Numbered from the stretch's first letter, positions 1 to 14,300 are shown. The stretch is DNA of 64,000 nt from Ascidiella aspersa (GCA_963924565.1 OZ004609.1:32116001-32180000); one strand, 5' to 3'. Translations and numbers: made by a program. The notes: generated from the sequence alone by a model not told the origin.

Positions 1-1930
1 TTAAAATAGGCGTAAGATATATTTCTGAAAGATTGTTTTGAGGTTTCGTTTATGAAAACATCAAGACTTGGTCACACCCTTTCGCTTCTGCGTATTGAGT
101 TTCATCTTCTAGATATAACTACTTTGTAAGGCTGATTTAGGGCGTTGATTTACTGTTGAGACCAAACGCCGTGTACCCTGTTTTCACCTAAGAATAGAAC
201 CTTTGTGGTGCTTTTAACGTCAAAACAATATGCTGTACGGGTGAATAGCCTCTTCCTTAATATATTTGTTGACCACTAACTGTATTGGAGTAACTCTGGA
301 GACGAACTAAATCGTCGTGTAAGGTTTTAATCGTATTGTCGAACTCCCCAACTAACTGGTTGTTTAATTCTAGCCCAAATGCACAATTTTTTACACTGGC
401 AAGATAAACTGTTGGCTTGTTTAAACTTGCACTTGTGCTATTTTAAGAATCGCTTTTTTCGTGGCCTTGTTGGACAAGTAAAGTGTTGCCCGGTAATTAC
501 GGACGGACATGTTTATCTGCGTTGTGTTCCGGGTGTATTCGCGCTACAAGGAAAGGTTAATCATTGGCCTTCGTATCGGTTTCTGGAAATTGGGCGGCGC
601 TACACTGTAACTACATTAGTCAAGTGGGTTTACATAGGAGAGGCTGGAAAGCGGAAAGAAGCTTGCAGACAAGATATACGATGCGGCAATTCGTTTTGCA
701 GCCTACGTGCGGCAACAATTACCCTGTATTGACGGGGATTTGCTTGAACGCAAAACACGTAAGTCGTAAAACTAATGATGTAGCGTTCAGCAGTTGGTTA
801 GAGATTTCTTATGGATGCGGGTAGTTTAAGTTAACACGGCTAGTCGCCCTTCGATTTTTTTAACATCAAGTTTGCCATTAAACTACGCGTAATTGTGTCG
901 CTATTTTTTGCCTATTAAAAACTTAGGATTGTTTTAAAGGCGAACTCGCCAGCCAATTTAAAAGCTCAAGTACTAAACACATAACGGCGAGGCAATTGTG
1001 AATCAAGAGTCAAGGCAAAGTCATGATACTCTTTCTATCGCTCGTAGCTATACGAGTTTTAAACCTATCAGGCTTCAGGGCCTGCAACGAAAGTAGTAAA
1101 GCAATGGTCCACCTAAAGTGCTTCAAAGATAAGTGCTTTTTCTCGAATGTATATTCAACGTGACTCTCTACAGCAACTTTAATGACGACGGTTTTGAGTG
1201 AAAGTAGATAAATGCGACATAAAAGCCCTGAAGACATGGCGACCACAAGGCTACGTTATTCGCATCACGTTCGACTCTTACTCAAAACAAATAAAAGTCT
1301 AAAATTGCTGCGGGAAAGTTTTCGCACACCTGTTTGTCGTAAGTGAAAGTTAAACGTGGCCTGGATAGATTTAAGCCAATTTTTTTAATTTTGAGAAAGG
1401 GGTAATTCTCTTAGCGTAGCTGCGATATATCGATGCAAACAAGCGAGGCCTCCGTTCCTTTAAGGATAACGTATCGCTGGTGGAAAAATCAGTTAGGGTT
1501 TTGACAAAAATCTTCTGACCTACCCTAGCTATTACTTTCACTTGCTATATTAAATGCATCTTAAACACCGTAAAACGATAAACATAACAGACTTGAATCC
1601 GAACCAACGTTTAACCTTCAGTCGAAACTAAAATTTTTTACCAAAGCTAGATTGAAATTGTCAAAGACACCAGTTTTCTTTTTAGGCCCACTTATTGTCC
1701 GATGTTCAAACACTCTGGTTCACACATAAAACGTGACAAAAGGGGTGTTTTTCAACGGACAAGTTTATTAGATTATTGGGATAAAAAGGGCATCATTACT
1801 TAGCCTTAAGGAACCCAGGCATTGGTATAGGGCAAAACTGTCGCTTAAAACGCCCGCGTTAGATAAGAAGCCTGAAGCTCCAAAAGTAGCATACAACCAG
1901 TTGTAGCTTTTCAATATTTTTTCTACTTAC

Positions 1931-2091
1931 CTCCGTAATGGCAGCGCTGGTAGTCTTTCTTGGTAACGTTAAAGATGTTGAATTTCGGCGCCACCTGGGC
2001 TCCCATGAGGCTCTTCTGGGGACAGAGGATGTCCATGAACTCGCCGATCTGTACGTTGTACACGAGGTCGTGTGCTGTTTCAGCCAGGAGC
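1931..2091 (-). CDS. Efna: Ephrin paralog 1 (probably ephrin-A), coding exon 2 (partial gene; further exons lie left of the window)
   Basis: Acceptor ctttaccag| and donor |gtaagt flank a 161-nt exon (phase 2 to phase 1). It translates to LLAETAHDLVYNVQIGEFMDILCPQKSLMGAQVAPKFNIFNVTKKDYQRCHYG, matching the ephrin motifs V.IG..DI.CP and V....Y..C. Length and phases are identical to exon 2 of paralog 2. Confidence 0.92.
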
Positions 2092-3869
2092 CTGGTAAAG
2101 ATAAAGATAAACGTTGATGGGTTTATATAAAGATAAACGTTGAAGGCCTAAATAGCAATGAGACATATAAGGAGTCCGCATACAAAGGTAAAGAATCCTT
2201 AAATGTCAGATTGACACAGCACATGTTAAATAAGCTGTTGCTGTCAGTGTCAGGCATGGCATACTATGCTCTTCCGGAAATTTCTCATTTGTAAAATAAA
2301 TATACAGTAAAAAGATAAATTGCTGAAAAAGCATATAGTTAAGTAATTGGTCATTTTGTCGAAGTGTTTCATCCGACCTCACTTGGGAAAGTTGCCTAAT
2401 GAAGTTGCAAAAACTATTTTCAATCTTTTAATTATCTATAGATATACTTCGCACATGTGCGACATACTTTTTTATGAACACAACTGCAAATCCTGCTAGT
2501 TGAACCACAGATTTTAAATCGTACTGTATATTTTAGCAAATACAGTTTTATTTGAAGCATTGCTAAATTAAGAAATAAAAGGCATTAAATGATGTTTGAA
2601 ACGTGTTGTTCTTTGTTGAATGTAAAATAAAACGTTTAAAAGTTTCAAATTAGATTGCAAATACTCATAATCAAGAAATATCGTGGTTGCTTGACTCAAA
2701 CATTAAATATTTTGTTCGTGAAAAAGTAACTTCCAAGTTGTTTAATTTAGTTTTTTCAATTCGAGCCACACCATACAATAGTTTAGAGTACAGTTATTGT
2801 CGTCTACAGATAGGCTTTAAATTAGTTACAAAAGCTCCCAGGGCGTAATTGTCAGTCAAGCAATGGCAATAAACTCGTTTGACTGGACGATAACACCCTA
2901 CAGACGTAGATCTGCTTATGTGAAAGCGACTGGTTTTAAATAAGCAACGGTTACGTGCTTATTTGTCACCTGTTGGCTAGTTTTGTTGTTGGCACGTGTT
3001 TGATATCGACCAGTCAATTACAGTTGGGACAATTCGCACCACAGCGCCACATCGAACTTGCAATGGCCTCAAATGACCCGAGTAAAATAATGGTAATATA
3101 TAACACGTGACAATTGAAATTGGCATTTTAAAACGAATGCATATTCTGTTGACGACCTATAACATTTTATAACATATGATTGTTCTTTTTTATTTAGCGA
3201 TATTATCATGTAAAAAAACAAATTTGTAATTTTTAACACAAGATATTGTGGTAAAGGCCCTTAGTTTTTGTGGTTCACAACTTTCATTTCGTTAATAAAC
3301 ATTCTATTATCGAAAATCAAAAAATAAATTTTGACGAAAATAAAATTGGGCCTTGGGCCTTGGGCGTATAATGCATTTCTGTCATTAATAAATCGTAGTA
3401 GAAAAAACTGTTTGAAACCAATTTTATCTTTAGGCCGATTAATAAAAACGGGAAATAAATGTAGATATTGTTGCGCAACATTGTAACAGAAACACTTATA
3501 ATTTTTGCTCTTAACGCAAAAAACATTCTCCCAACAGCAAATACGTCAGCGACTGAAAGGACAACATTGAAAGGATGTGGCGCGCAATTAATCCTTGGAC
3601 GGCAAGTGTAGCGGAAAGGGTAACCGGCAAACAACGACAACGTAAAACCTTAGGGGGCGGGGGTTCGAGGGTCACTTTCGCTCTCTGAAAGGGGATAATT
3701 TCAATTAGGGGGTCGCGGTGTCGTTGCGATGAAGGGGCGGCGGGGTGAAAGAAGGAAGGGTCCCTTAACAACCCATTAAACGAGAGGGAATTGCTGGGGT
3801 TTCGAACTTTAATCGCACAAAGCAAGGGAAAACGAAATTAATAATAACTTTGGGATCATGTCGCTATCA

Positions 3870-4147
3870 CAGGGTTGCCACACATTTTTATGAAACATAT
3901 TAAAAGACATTCAAAGACCTTTCGAGGAAATTTAAAGGTTTCCTAACACCTCAAATTTGGCCATTTGACAAGCTTTAAACATATTTTGAAAGCAAAACAG
4001 TGAAGATTGATATTACTACGCCGCTTTCTAAAAACATAAATTAAGCTATATATTAAATTAATTAAAAGACTAATCAAAGAATAAGCAAATCAATTCAAAG
4101 AAAAGCAAAGATATTTAGGGATTTAAAGAGTTTTGTTATAACCCTTG
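3870..4147. mobile_element. Degenerate hAT-like MITE
   Basis: CAGGGTTGCCAC...ATAACCCTTG ends with AAAGAC subterminal repeats. Confidence 0.45.
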
Positions 4148-6774
4148 GTTTATTACCGTTTTAAGTTGTAAGAAGGCAATAAGATAAAGTTTTCTTAAAA
4201 TCTTACTGAGAAAAGTAATCTTAATGAATCATTTTATTGAAAACCAATTATGTTAAAATTTCAAATGTTCAGTCAAAATATACTAGTTGGTCAGCGGATA
4301 ACCTTACAACAACAAAAAATGTCGATATTGGTCAAACGCATTTTAGAGAGGAGACAAAAACAATAAACAGTTTGACAACAATCTTGCGCACTTGTCCAGA
4401 TCCCATTCAGACAAGACACATGGTTTTTAGTTGTCATTTGGACATGAAATTGGGCCTCCACGCTCCACCAAAATCCATCATTGATCCGTATCAAGCACGT
4501 TCGCAGTTTATTTACAAAAAGGCCCGGCGTAAATTACCTGCACTGCAAAAGGTGTGGCAAGTTTGAAAATCAATCCATCTCCATCAGCGCGTTTTTTTAA
4601 TCGCACCATCTCGCACAACTCACGAGCTGCTGCATGATTTCGAATGTAAACAGAATGTCGAATGTAAGCATTGTTTACGCGACAATCGCAATGGCATCGT
4701 TTAAAAAGAAGTGTGTACTATCGAAAGCGCGCTGCAGTGCTTTAATCTGCCTTAACGTGCCAAACCTTAGGATGAATGTCGGTGTAATTTACAATTTTAA
4801 TTCCGCAAATCACGGGTGGGACACTTGATGGCACAACAGAATCGAAAGGATTTGCGAAATTCGAAACGTTGCAATCCAGTTATTTGTGGCTCGCGGATAC
4901 TTAATGCTACTCCAACCTAAATATAACCAGGTGGTATTGGAAGGCTTTATAAACAAAGAGGCCAATTTATTTCTGCAAAGGAAGTCAATTGGTATAATCT
5001 AATCGAGAATGCACTTTGAAAAGGAAGTGTCATGAAAAGGTTGAATATTTTAAGTTTGCAATATCGACAGTGTTAAGCTTTTTGGTCTCGGGCAATGCAA
5101 CTGAATTTATATTTACTCGTGTAGCAAGCCTAAATTAGTTGGATGACAGGCCTATATTTCGACAGAGTTTGCCTACAACACATTTTCCAACTTACACAAT
5201 GTGGAATGATTTTAAAATGCGTTGCGTCACTGAAAATACCGTGACGATATGAGACGGCTGTTTACGAATTCCGCCCAGTTCGGAATGCAAACATTTTTCT
5301 GAGGTCTGCTAAGAACGCATTCCAAACCCAACAGCTTCAAAACGCAAGCTATAGGAGACGAGCCATTAGGGAAACGACAATGGACAAGTCAAAAAAGGCT
5401 TAAAAGTAAAGACCGCCGGCCTACTGCCAGCAGTACTTATCCGCTGCCGACAGACGCGCAGTAAGGTGGCCCAGTCAAGGCTCAAGGCAAAGTTAAACGT
5501 CGCAGCGGGTTGTTTCACGGTCCTAGAGTTTGCACCAAACGGGGATGAGGGGGGGGGGGTATCTGTGAGTGACGATGCTACAGTCACGCCTCATTGCGCA
5601 GCCAGAATTTCGCCACTACTTGAGCGCTGGCCTATATGAACGAGGGAGGGCTGGTGTGCTGTGAACAGCAGTCGGCTATTGCGGCCAAATGGAAATACAT
5701 CATCGACTGCAATATCAACACTCGAAAACCGCAATTGAACGGAGCAAAGAGCCTCTTTTACCGACAATAAACGCGAGTGAAGCTCGTTTTCTTTACTCGG
5801 GAGTGGTTACGCCTTGTGAGCGCTACTACTAAGTTTAGCGTTTTCGAAAGGCGTCAAATGTTGGCCAGTTGACCAAAGAGTCTGTTCAATAAATGCGAGT
5901 GACTCGTTTTTTCGTAATACGGAGTGTTGGCCAGTGGTCCGGCCGGCAACTGAAGAGCTCACTTTGCTCATAAACAGCATGTTTTATTGACAAGAAACAT
6001 CGCGGCTGTTTTTTAGGCCGTTTAAGGGTCCGCGCTTTTTCTAAAGTCAAAATTCGACGCTTCGCGAGGTCTCATAAATATTCATCGCAAAATGGGAACA
6101 AGAAAATCGGAGATTTATAAGTAGTAGGAAACTGGGGTACTAGATTATGACCGCTCAAAAAAAACGACCACAGCGTAAGTCATACGCGAAATCAAGTTCT
6201 CGTAACAATAAGTAAAATTAGAAAACTGATCTTGATTTTTGATAAATATAGTACCGCTTAAAATTCGCTGCCGATTTCAAAAAATACTGAAAATATTTTT
6301 TGCCTTAAAATTGTTAAAGAATCGACGCTTAAATATATTTTAAAGAGGTTAAATATAAGGACAACCAATGTCAAAACAAGGATTTGGCCTGGGCACTTGT
6401 AAAAGATTGATTTCCCGAAAGCGGCCTAATCCCGAAACGCCAAACTAAGGGGCCGGGGGGTGAGGGGGGCATAAAGAACGACCCCAAAGTGACGTCACAG
6501 GTCACATCGCGATGGATTAGGGGCGAGTTTTGGCGCTCCACGACCCAACTGAGCCCGCCAATCAGCTTGTTGACAGAAGATTAAGCGGCGGTCGGGGGTC
6601 GGGGACTCGGGTTAAAACAAACAACAAGGGGGGGGGGGTTGGGGGGGCTGGGGACTGCGACATCGGGCCCCATCGTTCAAGCTGTCATGAGCCACTAAAA
6701 AGCGGCCACGCGTCTCGAGACACCTCGGTTTCGTTGTTGGCGCGGCTTGTACGCCACTGAAATCAAGTCAGAGT

Positions 6775-7418
6775 GCTGCTGTTGCTGCTGTTCTACACAA
6801 TGCTTCACACTGAAGAGAACGCCAGGTATTTCACGCACTCGAGCTGCTGCTATCGACTGGGCTTTGCAAAAACTTTAGTTTTGGACGTGCGGGTGGGTTG
6901 GCTTTGCGCGGACAACTGCTAAAATAAATGGTCGGAATGCATTGAACACCACTACCCTCTAATTTCTAATAAACGTTATTCTATTGCCGCTACTGCTGTT
7001 TTGTTTACGCGTTATCGGCTTTCCATTCTCAGCGTGGGGCGTGCTCCACTGCTACAGTAAAATTGACCTCCAATTATACGTTAATTCGGTGAAGGTGTTT
7101 TTGGTTCTAAAGAGCACACTTGGGATTTCGCGCTTCATCCAGCGCCTGTTGCTAAGGATTTCAAAAACTGCGTTTTTTTAAGAGGTGGTGTGGTACTCCA
7201 GTGCTAAACTAATTAAAATAGTGAATGAAACCACTCTAATTACACGGTAATCAGGCCTGCTGCTGTTGTTTTAACGCGCATCACGCTAAAGAGCACTCCA
7301 GGTATTTCGCAAGGCTACCTATCGCCCGCGTTGCTGGGGAATTAAAAGAATGCGGTTTTCGGAGTGGGAAGCGGTCTAGCGTGGACAGTCCCGAAGTGCG
7401 TAAACACCACTCTGTTTT
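6775..7418. repeat. Three degenerate tandem copies of a ~160-250 bp unit
   Basis: The skeleton CTGCTGTT...AAGAG(A/C)AC..(CA)GG(T)ATTTC...ACCACT recurs at ~6775, ~6990 and ~7257. Confidence 0.6.
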
Positions 7419-7514
7419 ACTAGTTTTTATTGTATGCAAGTTTCCGTTTTGCTACTAGGATGTTTTATTGCCGGCCTTTATAACACATGTCAAAGCTGCA
7501 ACCAAGCTATACAA

Positions 7515-7905
7515 AAAATATAGGATCAGAAGCGATACCCAATGCCAAGTGGTGTATTATTGGTACTCGATCGATACTAGGGTGCCATCGGTGCCGATCC
7601 GATTTCAAAGTGATATCGAAACTTCAGCTATGATTTACAATCTGACGCAGACGATTTCTACATTGAAAGGTAAATTAATTAAAAAAATAATAGGTTGATA
7701 ACCGGGGGTAACTGAATTTCTTAACGCTGAAACTAATTTGGGCCTAATTACTTGAAAGAATTACCGCTGACCGTCTCAATTCCATCTGCTTTGCTTGTTT
7801 GAGCAAAGTAATGACGTCATTTGGTACCGGATCGGATCACGATACTTTTGCTACAAAATTTGGTTGTCACTATCGGAATAAAATGTCGAGTCTCGGACAT
7901 TCTTA
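7515..7905. mobile_element. Degenerate inverted copy of the 10998-11370 MITE family
   Basis: The reverse complement of 7780-7905 aligns with 10998-11125 (gatgtc..acatttt..gtatcgtgatccgat..taccaaatgac..tgctcaaac), and the CCGAT repeats are shared. Boundaries are approximate. Confidence 0.65.
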
Positions 7906-7963
7906 AATGCAATTGTTACCTCGCACCCCCACAATGGAAAGGGAACCAACAGTATACTTAAGC

Positions 7964-8264
7964 CAGTGGTTCCCAAAACTTTTTTACTCACGGCACACCA
8001 AAAAAATCTTACATATTTCGCGGCACACTTTTAACAGAACATTAACAATATAGTGATTTTGCAATCGCCCTTAACACATGACAAACTATATATATGTAAA
8101 TGTCTAAAAACTATTAATTTGTAATGAATAGTGCGTATTTAAGTCTAAAATGCTTGCATGCGCCTATTGGTAATACAATACTCTCTTTTCCGAAATTACA
8201 AAAAAAACTTCGCGGCACACTTGACAATCTCTCAAGGCACACTCGTGTGCCGCGGCAAACAGTT
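7964..8264. mobile_element. Charlie/Buster-like hAT MITE, right TIR truncated
   Basis: Starts CAGTGGTTCCCAAA, carries repeated CGGCACAC motifs, and is flanked by cttaagc on both sides. Confidence 0.75.
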
Positions 8265-10997
8265 CTTAAGCCCTCGGAGGTCCCTCCTTAGTTAACAAAC
8301 ATAATAAAACGCCTTTAACATTGGCCAATTTGTGATTAAAAAATGATGCCTCGGATAATAGCCATGTCCGCAGATATTAATAACGACGCCAAAACGTTAA
8401 TTCTCTGTGCAATTATTCCGACGGGAACTAATCTCGATTACATAATCGTGATTAATCCAAGAAAATACGAACGATGCCCGTTTCGATTGGGAAGCGGATT
8501 TTGAGGGATGTGAAATTGATTACCACGGAAAAATAACTAGCTATGGTTGTTTTAAATGGGCCGTAAAGAAGTTGTCATGGACGTAGCATTGTAAGAAAAA
8601 CAAAAGGCCAAACGTTTCGACTTACTAAAAACAATACGATGCTTTGTAAACCAATGTAATTGGCCAATGTAAGACGAAAATCGTCGTTGCACAAGACTCA
8701 TTTCGACCTGTTGGACTTCGTTAAGAAGTGTTGCAAAACGGAAAAGGGGGCAACACTTGACTAGGACTTGACTGGACTTATTATTTTTGGAAACGATTGG
8801 TCTTGGACTTAAATGTCCCCAAGAGTCATTTAAAAAACGGCATGTTTACATATATGCAACACTTGTGGTGGTTTTCAAACTTTTATTCTCGCAAATTATT
8901 ACCAAAAAAAAATCGCTAATAGTAAATTATGGACTCCTATAATACACACCCTAAATTAAAAAAATTATCTTGAAAAATTCGACTTGTAAACGTGTCGTCT
9001 TAAGCCGGTTAAAAACACGGTTAGCATAGTTGTATTGTTGGGGCTCGACGTAAAGCGCTAACCAGGTTAGCGGACAAACTCTTTGGGCGCCCGACATCGT
9101 TTCCGGGCAAGGCGCATGAATAATTGATCGGCATCATTTTTAAACCACGCCGTAAAAGGCTCGCGCTTCTATTGTGGACGCCGCAGATGGAACAGCTTGG
9201 GGGGTGGGGCCAAAATATAGGACGCACAAACGCGAACCTATATATTTTTGACCACAGTGTTTATGGCGAGTTATTTTACACTTTAACAAGACTTTACAAG
9301 ACAAGCTTGGCGAGTAAGCGGTTCTCCATACTTTGTTTTTAAACTCATTTTATAAGTATTGTTGTTAATCTACATTATTTTTCTCAACAAAATACAGCAA
9401 ATTTCAGTGTCAAAAATGTGTCCCCGAAACGATAGGTTAGGGATGAGCAAAACAAAGATGACTGGACATTAACGTAAAGCTGCCAACTTCAATTTAAAAT
9501 AGGACCACATTTCAACATGTAGAACACCTCGTTTTACATGATTTAAAACATAAAAACCAAACTACAATTTTTTTAAAAGTGTAAACATATCAGCATTCAT
9601 TACCGTAAACCAACCCAATGATCCGTAGACAGCCATCATAAAGATCTACAAAACACAGCTCACGCGACCGCAGCGCCAAGTGGAATTTCATTAGACCCAC
9701 CCCCAAAAAAACCCGCTCAAATTGAAAAAGTTCCGGTTTCGAATTGAACTCCATTTTTTATGTGAGGGGGTGAAACTACGTCACGGGTTCACGCTCGCCC
9801 CACCCTCCCTAATCACATTAGGGCGCACACCGCTTCGGCGAGGTTATTGGACGTCGAACGGGATTACCTCGTGCTTGCGAATATAATCGAGTTAGCGGGT
9901 TGGACGCTGGGCGAGTTAAGCGATAAAAGCGACAGATCGGGCCGACGTAATTTCGACCAGGTACTGGGACACATAATAAAAGGGTACAGGCACATAAAAA
10001 ACGCAATATCGTAACGCGTAACGCTACAGGTGTAGGGGAGGGGGCGGGGTCATCTAAACTCGTTGTTTTCGGCTCACGAAAAAGGCGGGTATCACGCAGA
10101 ACCATCATGTGATGCTATGACGTTCCAAACATGTTTTTTTTCACTTGCTCAAATTAGTTTTTGAATTTGAAGAATTATTTTTAATTTTAAAGAAATACAT
10201 AAGTAAATAGTGCGGCTAATTTTAGTTGATAGTCGTTTGCGACGATTTCTCTCACTGATTGAAAAACACTACGGCGCAAAAGCTTGTGATAATTAAAATC
10301 CAATTTGCTAACAGTGGCACTTGATTTTTAGACAATGTAGGAAGGTGGTTTAGAAGAAAAGAAAAAACTACAAGTATAATGCGAAGCGGTGAAGTGTTTT
10401 ATGTGCATTTAATTGCGTTCTATACTCATTAGATCTCCGTTTTTTTGCCAATTAAAATAACAAATTTTAGAACTCAGTTAATGCATAGGAGGACGTTACA
10501 GCCACAATTGACACCGAGTAGTCTACCACATTTCAAACGCAAGTTCTTCCATACAGTTTACAGGCCGCTTTCAATCTTTAACATATACGCGGTTCTTTTT
10601 GAACGGTATTCCTTAAAAGCGTTCAACATCACCTCGCCGTAAGAAACAATATCGACCCAGGCCAATTACAAGGGGCTTTCCCCAAACGGCCTGCGCGGCT
10701 GTTGACCTTTGACCCGCTAAAAGCATTTCGGACACCTCGAAAGTCGGGCCTGAGTTCGAGCTATTCCCGTAACGATGCCCTGTCCATCCTGGGGAATTGG
10801 GCGGATAAGACCTGATTGACCTTCAATTACACAACTCGCCCTGTATCACGGTTGATGTCGATGTCCGTCAGACTTACGGACGTTTGACGCACTGCGGTTG
10901 TTTAAATGAGGGAAAGCACAACAAGTTGAGTTGGGTTTCGACCCGAGTTAACGTTGTTAACTTATCACGGCACTTTGGGGATTAAAAACGTTTAAAT

Positions 10998-11370
10998 TAG
11001 GGATGTCTGATGCTACACATTTCATTGTGATACAGAAACCCGATAGTTTGAACAAACCGTATTGTGAACCGATTTGATACCAAATGACATCTTTAGTATG
11101 CTCAAACGACAAAAATACATGAAATGGGAATGTTCAAGGTATTTTTCCTGCTTAAAACACACTTTTAAGATGTAGTACTAATTATATTGATAAATTTATC
11201 TTTCAAAATAGAATAGTTGCGTTGAATCGTAAATCATGTCAAAAAATCCCCAATTAGTTTAATATGGAATCGGCGCCGATACAATCCTTGTATCACACGA
11301 GTACCTATGCTACCGATGCTACCGATTGGTATTGGCTCTCGGCTCCGATTCCATTTATTGGACATCCCTA
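10998..11370. mobile_element. hAT-like MITE (TAGGGATGTC TIR family)
   Basis: TIR TAGGGATGTC...GACATCCCTA with CCGAT/ATCGG subterminal repeats; TSD decayed. Confidence 0.8.
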
Positions 11371-14300
11371 GTGCCAACTGTATGCAGGCAAACAAAAACT
11401 GTCTCACTTATTCACTCTAAGGTGTTAATGAATAACGGAATAACGAAAATAAAGGACGACTGATACGCGAAGAAAATACACAACTTTCAGAGAATAAAAT
11501 ACACGGAGTTTAAGGTCTTAGAAATGAAAAAGTGTCAAATACATTAGAAGTTTGTTTGTTTTTTTGACGTCGCCATTTTAGTACGTTCAGTTTGTTACAA
11601 CCAAGCGGATTTAAATTTTGCGACAACAAATTGTACTTTTTTTTTCCAGTTTTCGTGTTGTTGGTCTACAATTTTGCTTTGTCGAGATAGCACTGATCGA
11701 TACCGGACACAAAGCGAACTCATAAGAAACGTTCTTTGTGAATGCGCCTGCGCCCTATACGCCTATAACAACAATTCTTACGTTTGCGCAGTCCGATTGA
11801 AAGAAACGTTTTGCTACACTATTTTGCAAAAAGTTGCTTTTTCGGCCCATTGACAGTTCAGCGACAACAACGGACCCATTGTGACGTAACAGTAGGGAGT
11901 AAGATCGATAAGAACACATAAGGCAGCGTCGCCTCTGATTGTATTTGCGAAAACGGACCTCAAGTCTGTAGGAACGAACACTTCTTAATGCGGGATTTAA
12001 AAAGCCGTCTGACTTGTCCACTTTAAAGATGCCAGGATCTCTCCTTTTACCAAGGCATTTAGCTTTTTATCCGCTTAAAATCATCTGACAACCAGTTTTT
12101 ATTGGTCAAAACATTAACTGCTTTTAAATGCGATTATGCAAATTGGCCCAATGTAGAATGCAAATTTTACTTCTAAATAATAAACAAACGTCTTATTTCG
12201 CATAACAGGTTTTGCACGTTTGTCAATTAAAATTGCCGCATTTCCATGCCGCATGTGCACGTTCCATGGATTATTCCGTATAAATACGCGGAAAAAACCG
12301 GATTTCTTATTTTCTGCCATAAAGAGACTGACGTGTAATTTGGTTTACCGATTTACAAAAGACAACAGAAAACACGAGTCTGAATCTTCGTTAATTCATT
12401 CACCCACAGTGACGCGCATACAGAATTCCTTTTGGGAATTAAATTCCCATAATAAAAACAAAACGTTCCAACCAATGTCGAATAGCGACCGAAATAGCGA
12501 CGATGACAAACGACCATAATAATCATCCGTTTGTTGACGTAACAACAAAGCGATGGCGTCATAACAGCGGTAACGAAAACAATTTGCGCCGGTAATGGGC
12601 CGGTCGCAGTCCGGAACGAAAACAAGGGTGCAGTGCGTGTTGCGATTGAAGCCAAAAAGGGCCAGTTTAAGGCCGTTTTAAAAGATCCAGGAACCCTTTT
12701 TTATAATCGTTCGTAAAAATTGAGATATTTTGTAAGGAAAATATTGCAATTGGCCACACAAGGTTGTAGACCACGCTCCAATTCGTTACGAATTACAGCC
12801 AACGGCCGTTTTTTGTGCTCCGATTTTAGTTCTTTTCCTCTTTTTGGTTTAAATCGGTAATGGTTGTACTTCTATATCATCATATTTACTTGTCAATCAA
12901 ATACAACTGTTTAAACAGCGCTAAACTTTTTGCATTTACACTAAGCTTACCGTAATACGTTTCGAATTTGAACGTAATATTTCCAATTTCAGCCTTTTTT
13001 TTTTGATTTTTCTAGTTTACCCCCGTATGATTCAGTGCCTTTTTTCATCCAGGGTTTGTAACTCAGGGTGAAAAATTTAAACCGTCCGCTTTTTCAAAGT
13101 GGCCCTTTGAAAACCGGCCAATGGGGCCGAAATTTCGGCACGTTGTCGTTTTTGCTAAACCATCACGAAATCCCGAAGAAGCGACGACGAAAAACAACAA
13201 GAGACTACTGGAACGTCACGACCCGGTCTGCGGCTTACTGCTTGTTGTCGTTTCGCGTTTGGACGCAGTGCCGAAAACGTGTAAAATCATCGCGGCAAGG
13301 GGGAATGTCAACATTTTGATGGAAAACCGGGCCGAATCACAATGACAAGCGCGAAATTCGGCGCTCAACACACACATCCGTTTTAATTCCTATCGCTTTG
13401 ATTTTTTTGAAGGGTCGCTAAAAGCATCTTGAGTTAACTCATAGGACAACGTCGCTTAATCGACGCGTATATGACGTCAGAAATAAAAAGTTAGGGTCAT
13501 GACATACCCCGAGATGACATAAAAAAATATCTTACCTATACAGGAACACTAATACACCAGCGAACGCCAAATGCGGCGAAAATACCGATTGTTAACAAAT
13601 TATGTATAGTAGAGCTACTGAGCAACTTTCAATTCTAGATACGATATTTTACTCAAATCCGTTCAGCGGATTAAAATATTTAACAACAAAGCAAACCAAC
13701 TTGTCTTTAAAAATGGTCTAATGTTGTGTTGGTCATTCCACAAGCGAAAACTTCATTATTTCTGTATATCAACTTTCATCAAATTAGACTTGCGTTGGGA
13801 TTTGCGTTCAGCAATTTATTACAAGGCAAAGATACAAACGGCGGTCCTCCAATTAAGCAGCCCTGAAGTATAGGATAGAGGCTGCTATAGCTAGCGACCC
13901 AGTGTTTGCTTGTCGTTTGTTTTCAACTAAACGGACGCAGGTTAGTGGAACGACACGCGGTTGAAATATCGATTCGTGCGTGTTACTTACACACGATATT
14001 TTCGCTCATTTTGAGGGTGGAGTTACGCTGGCAGCTTTTGAACCAACAAGCTCCATATTGCTCGTGATATATGTACTTTTTGGCTCTTCCTTATCCGGTT
14101 TATTTGCCTGTTTCGAATATCAACTAGCGGTTCATTAGACTTCAAAAAAGTAAACGGCTTCTCATTTTGCTTAGAAGGTCAACCACAGGTTGATTTTAGA
14201 AGTTCCTATGCGCTAAAATAGCACTACAAGAGGTCCAAACAAAAAGGAGCCGACCTTTTTAAAAGCGCCCCTGTAAAAAGGCCATTTAAGACACAAGGCA

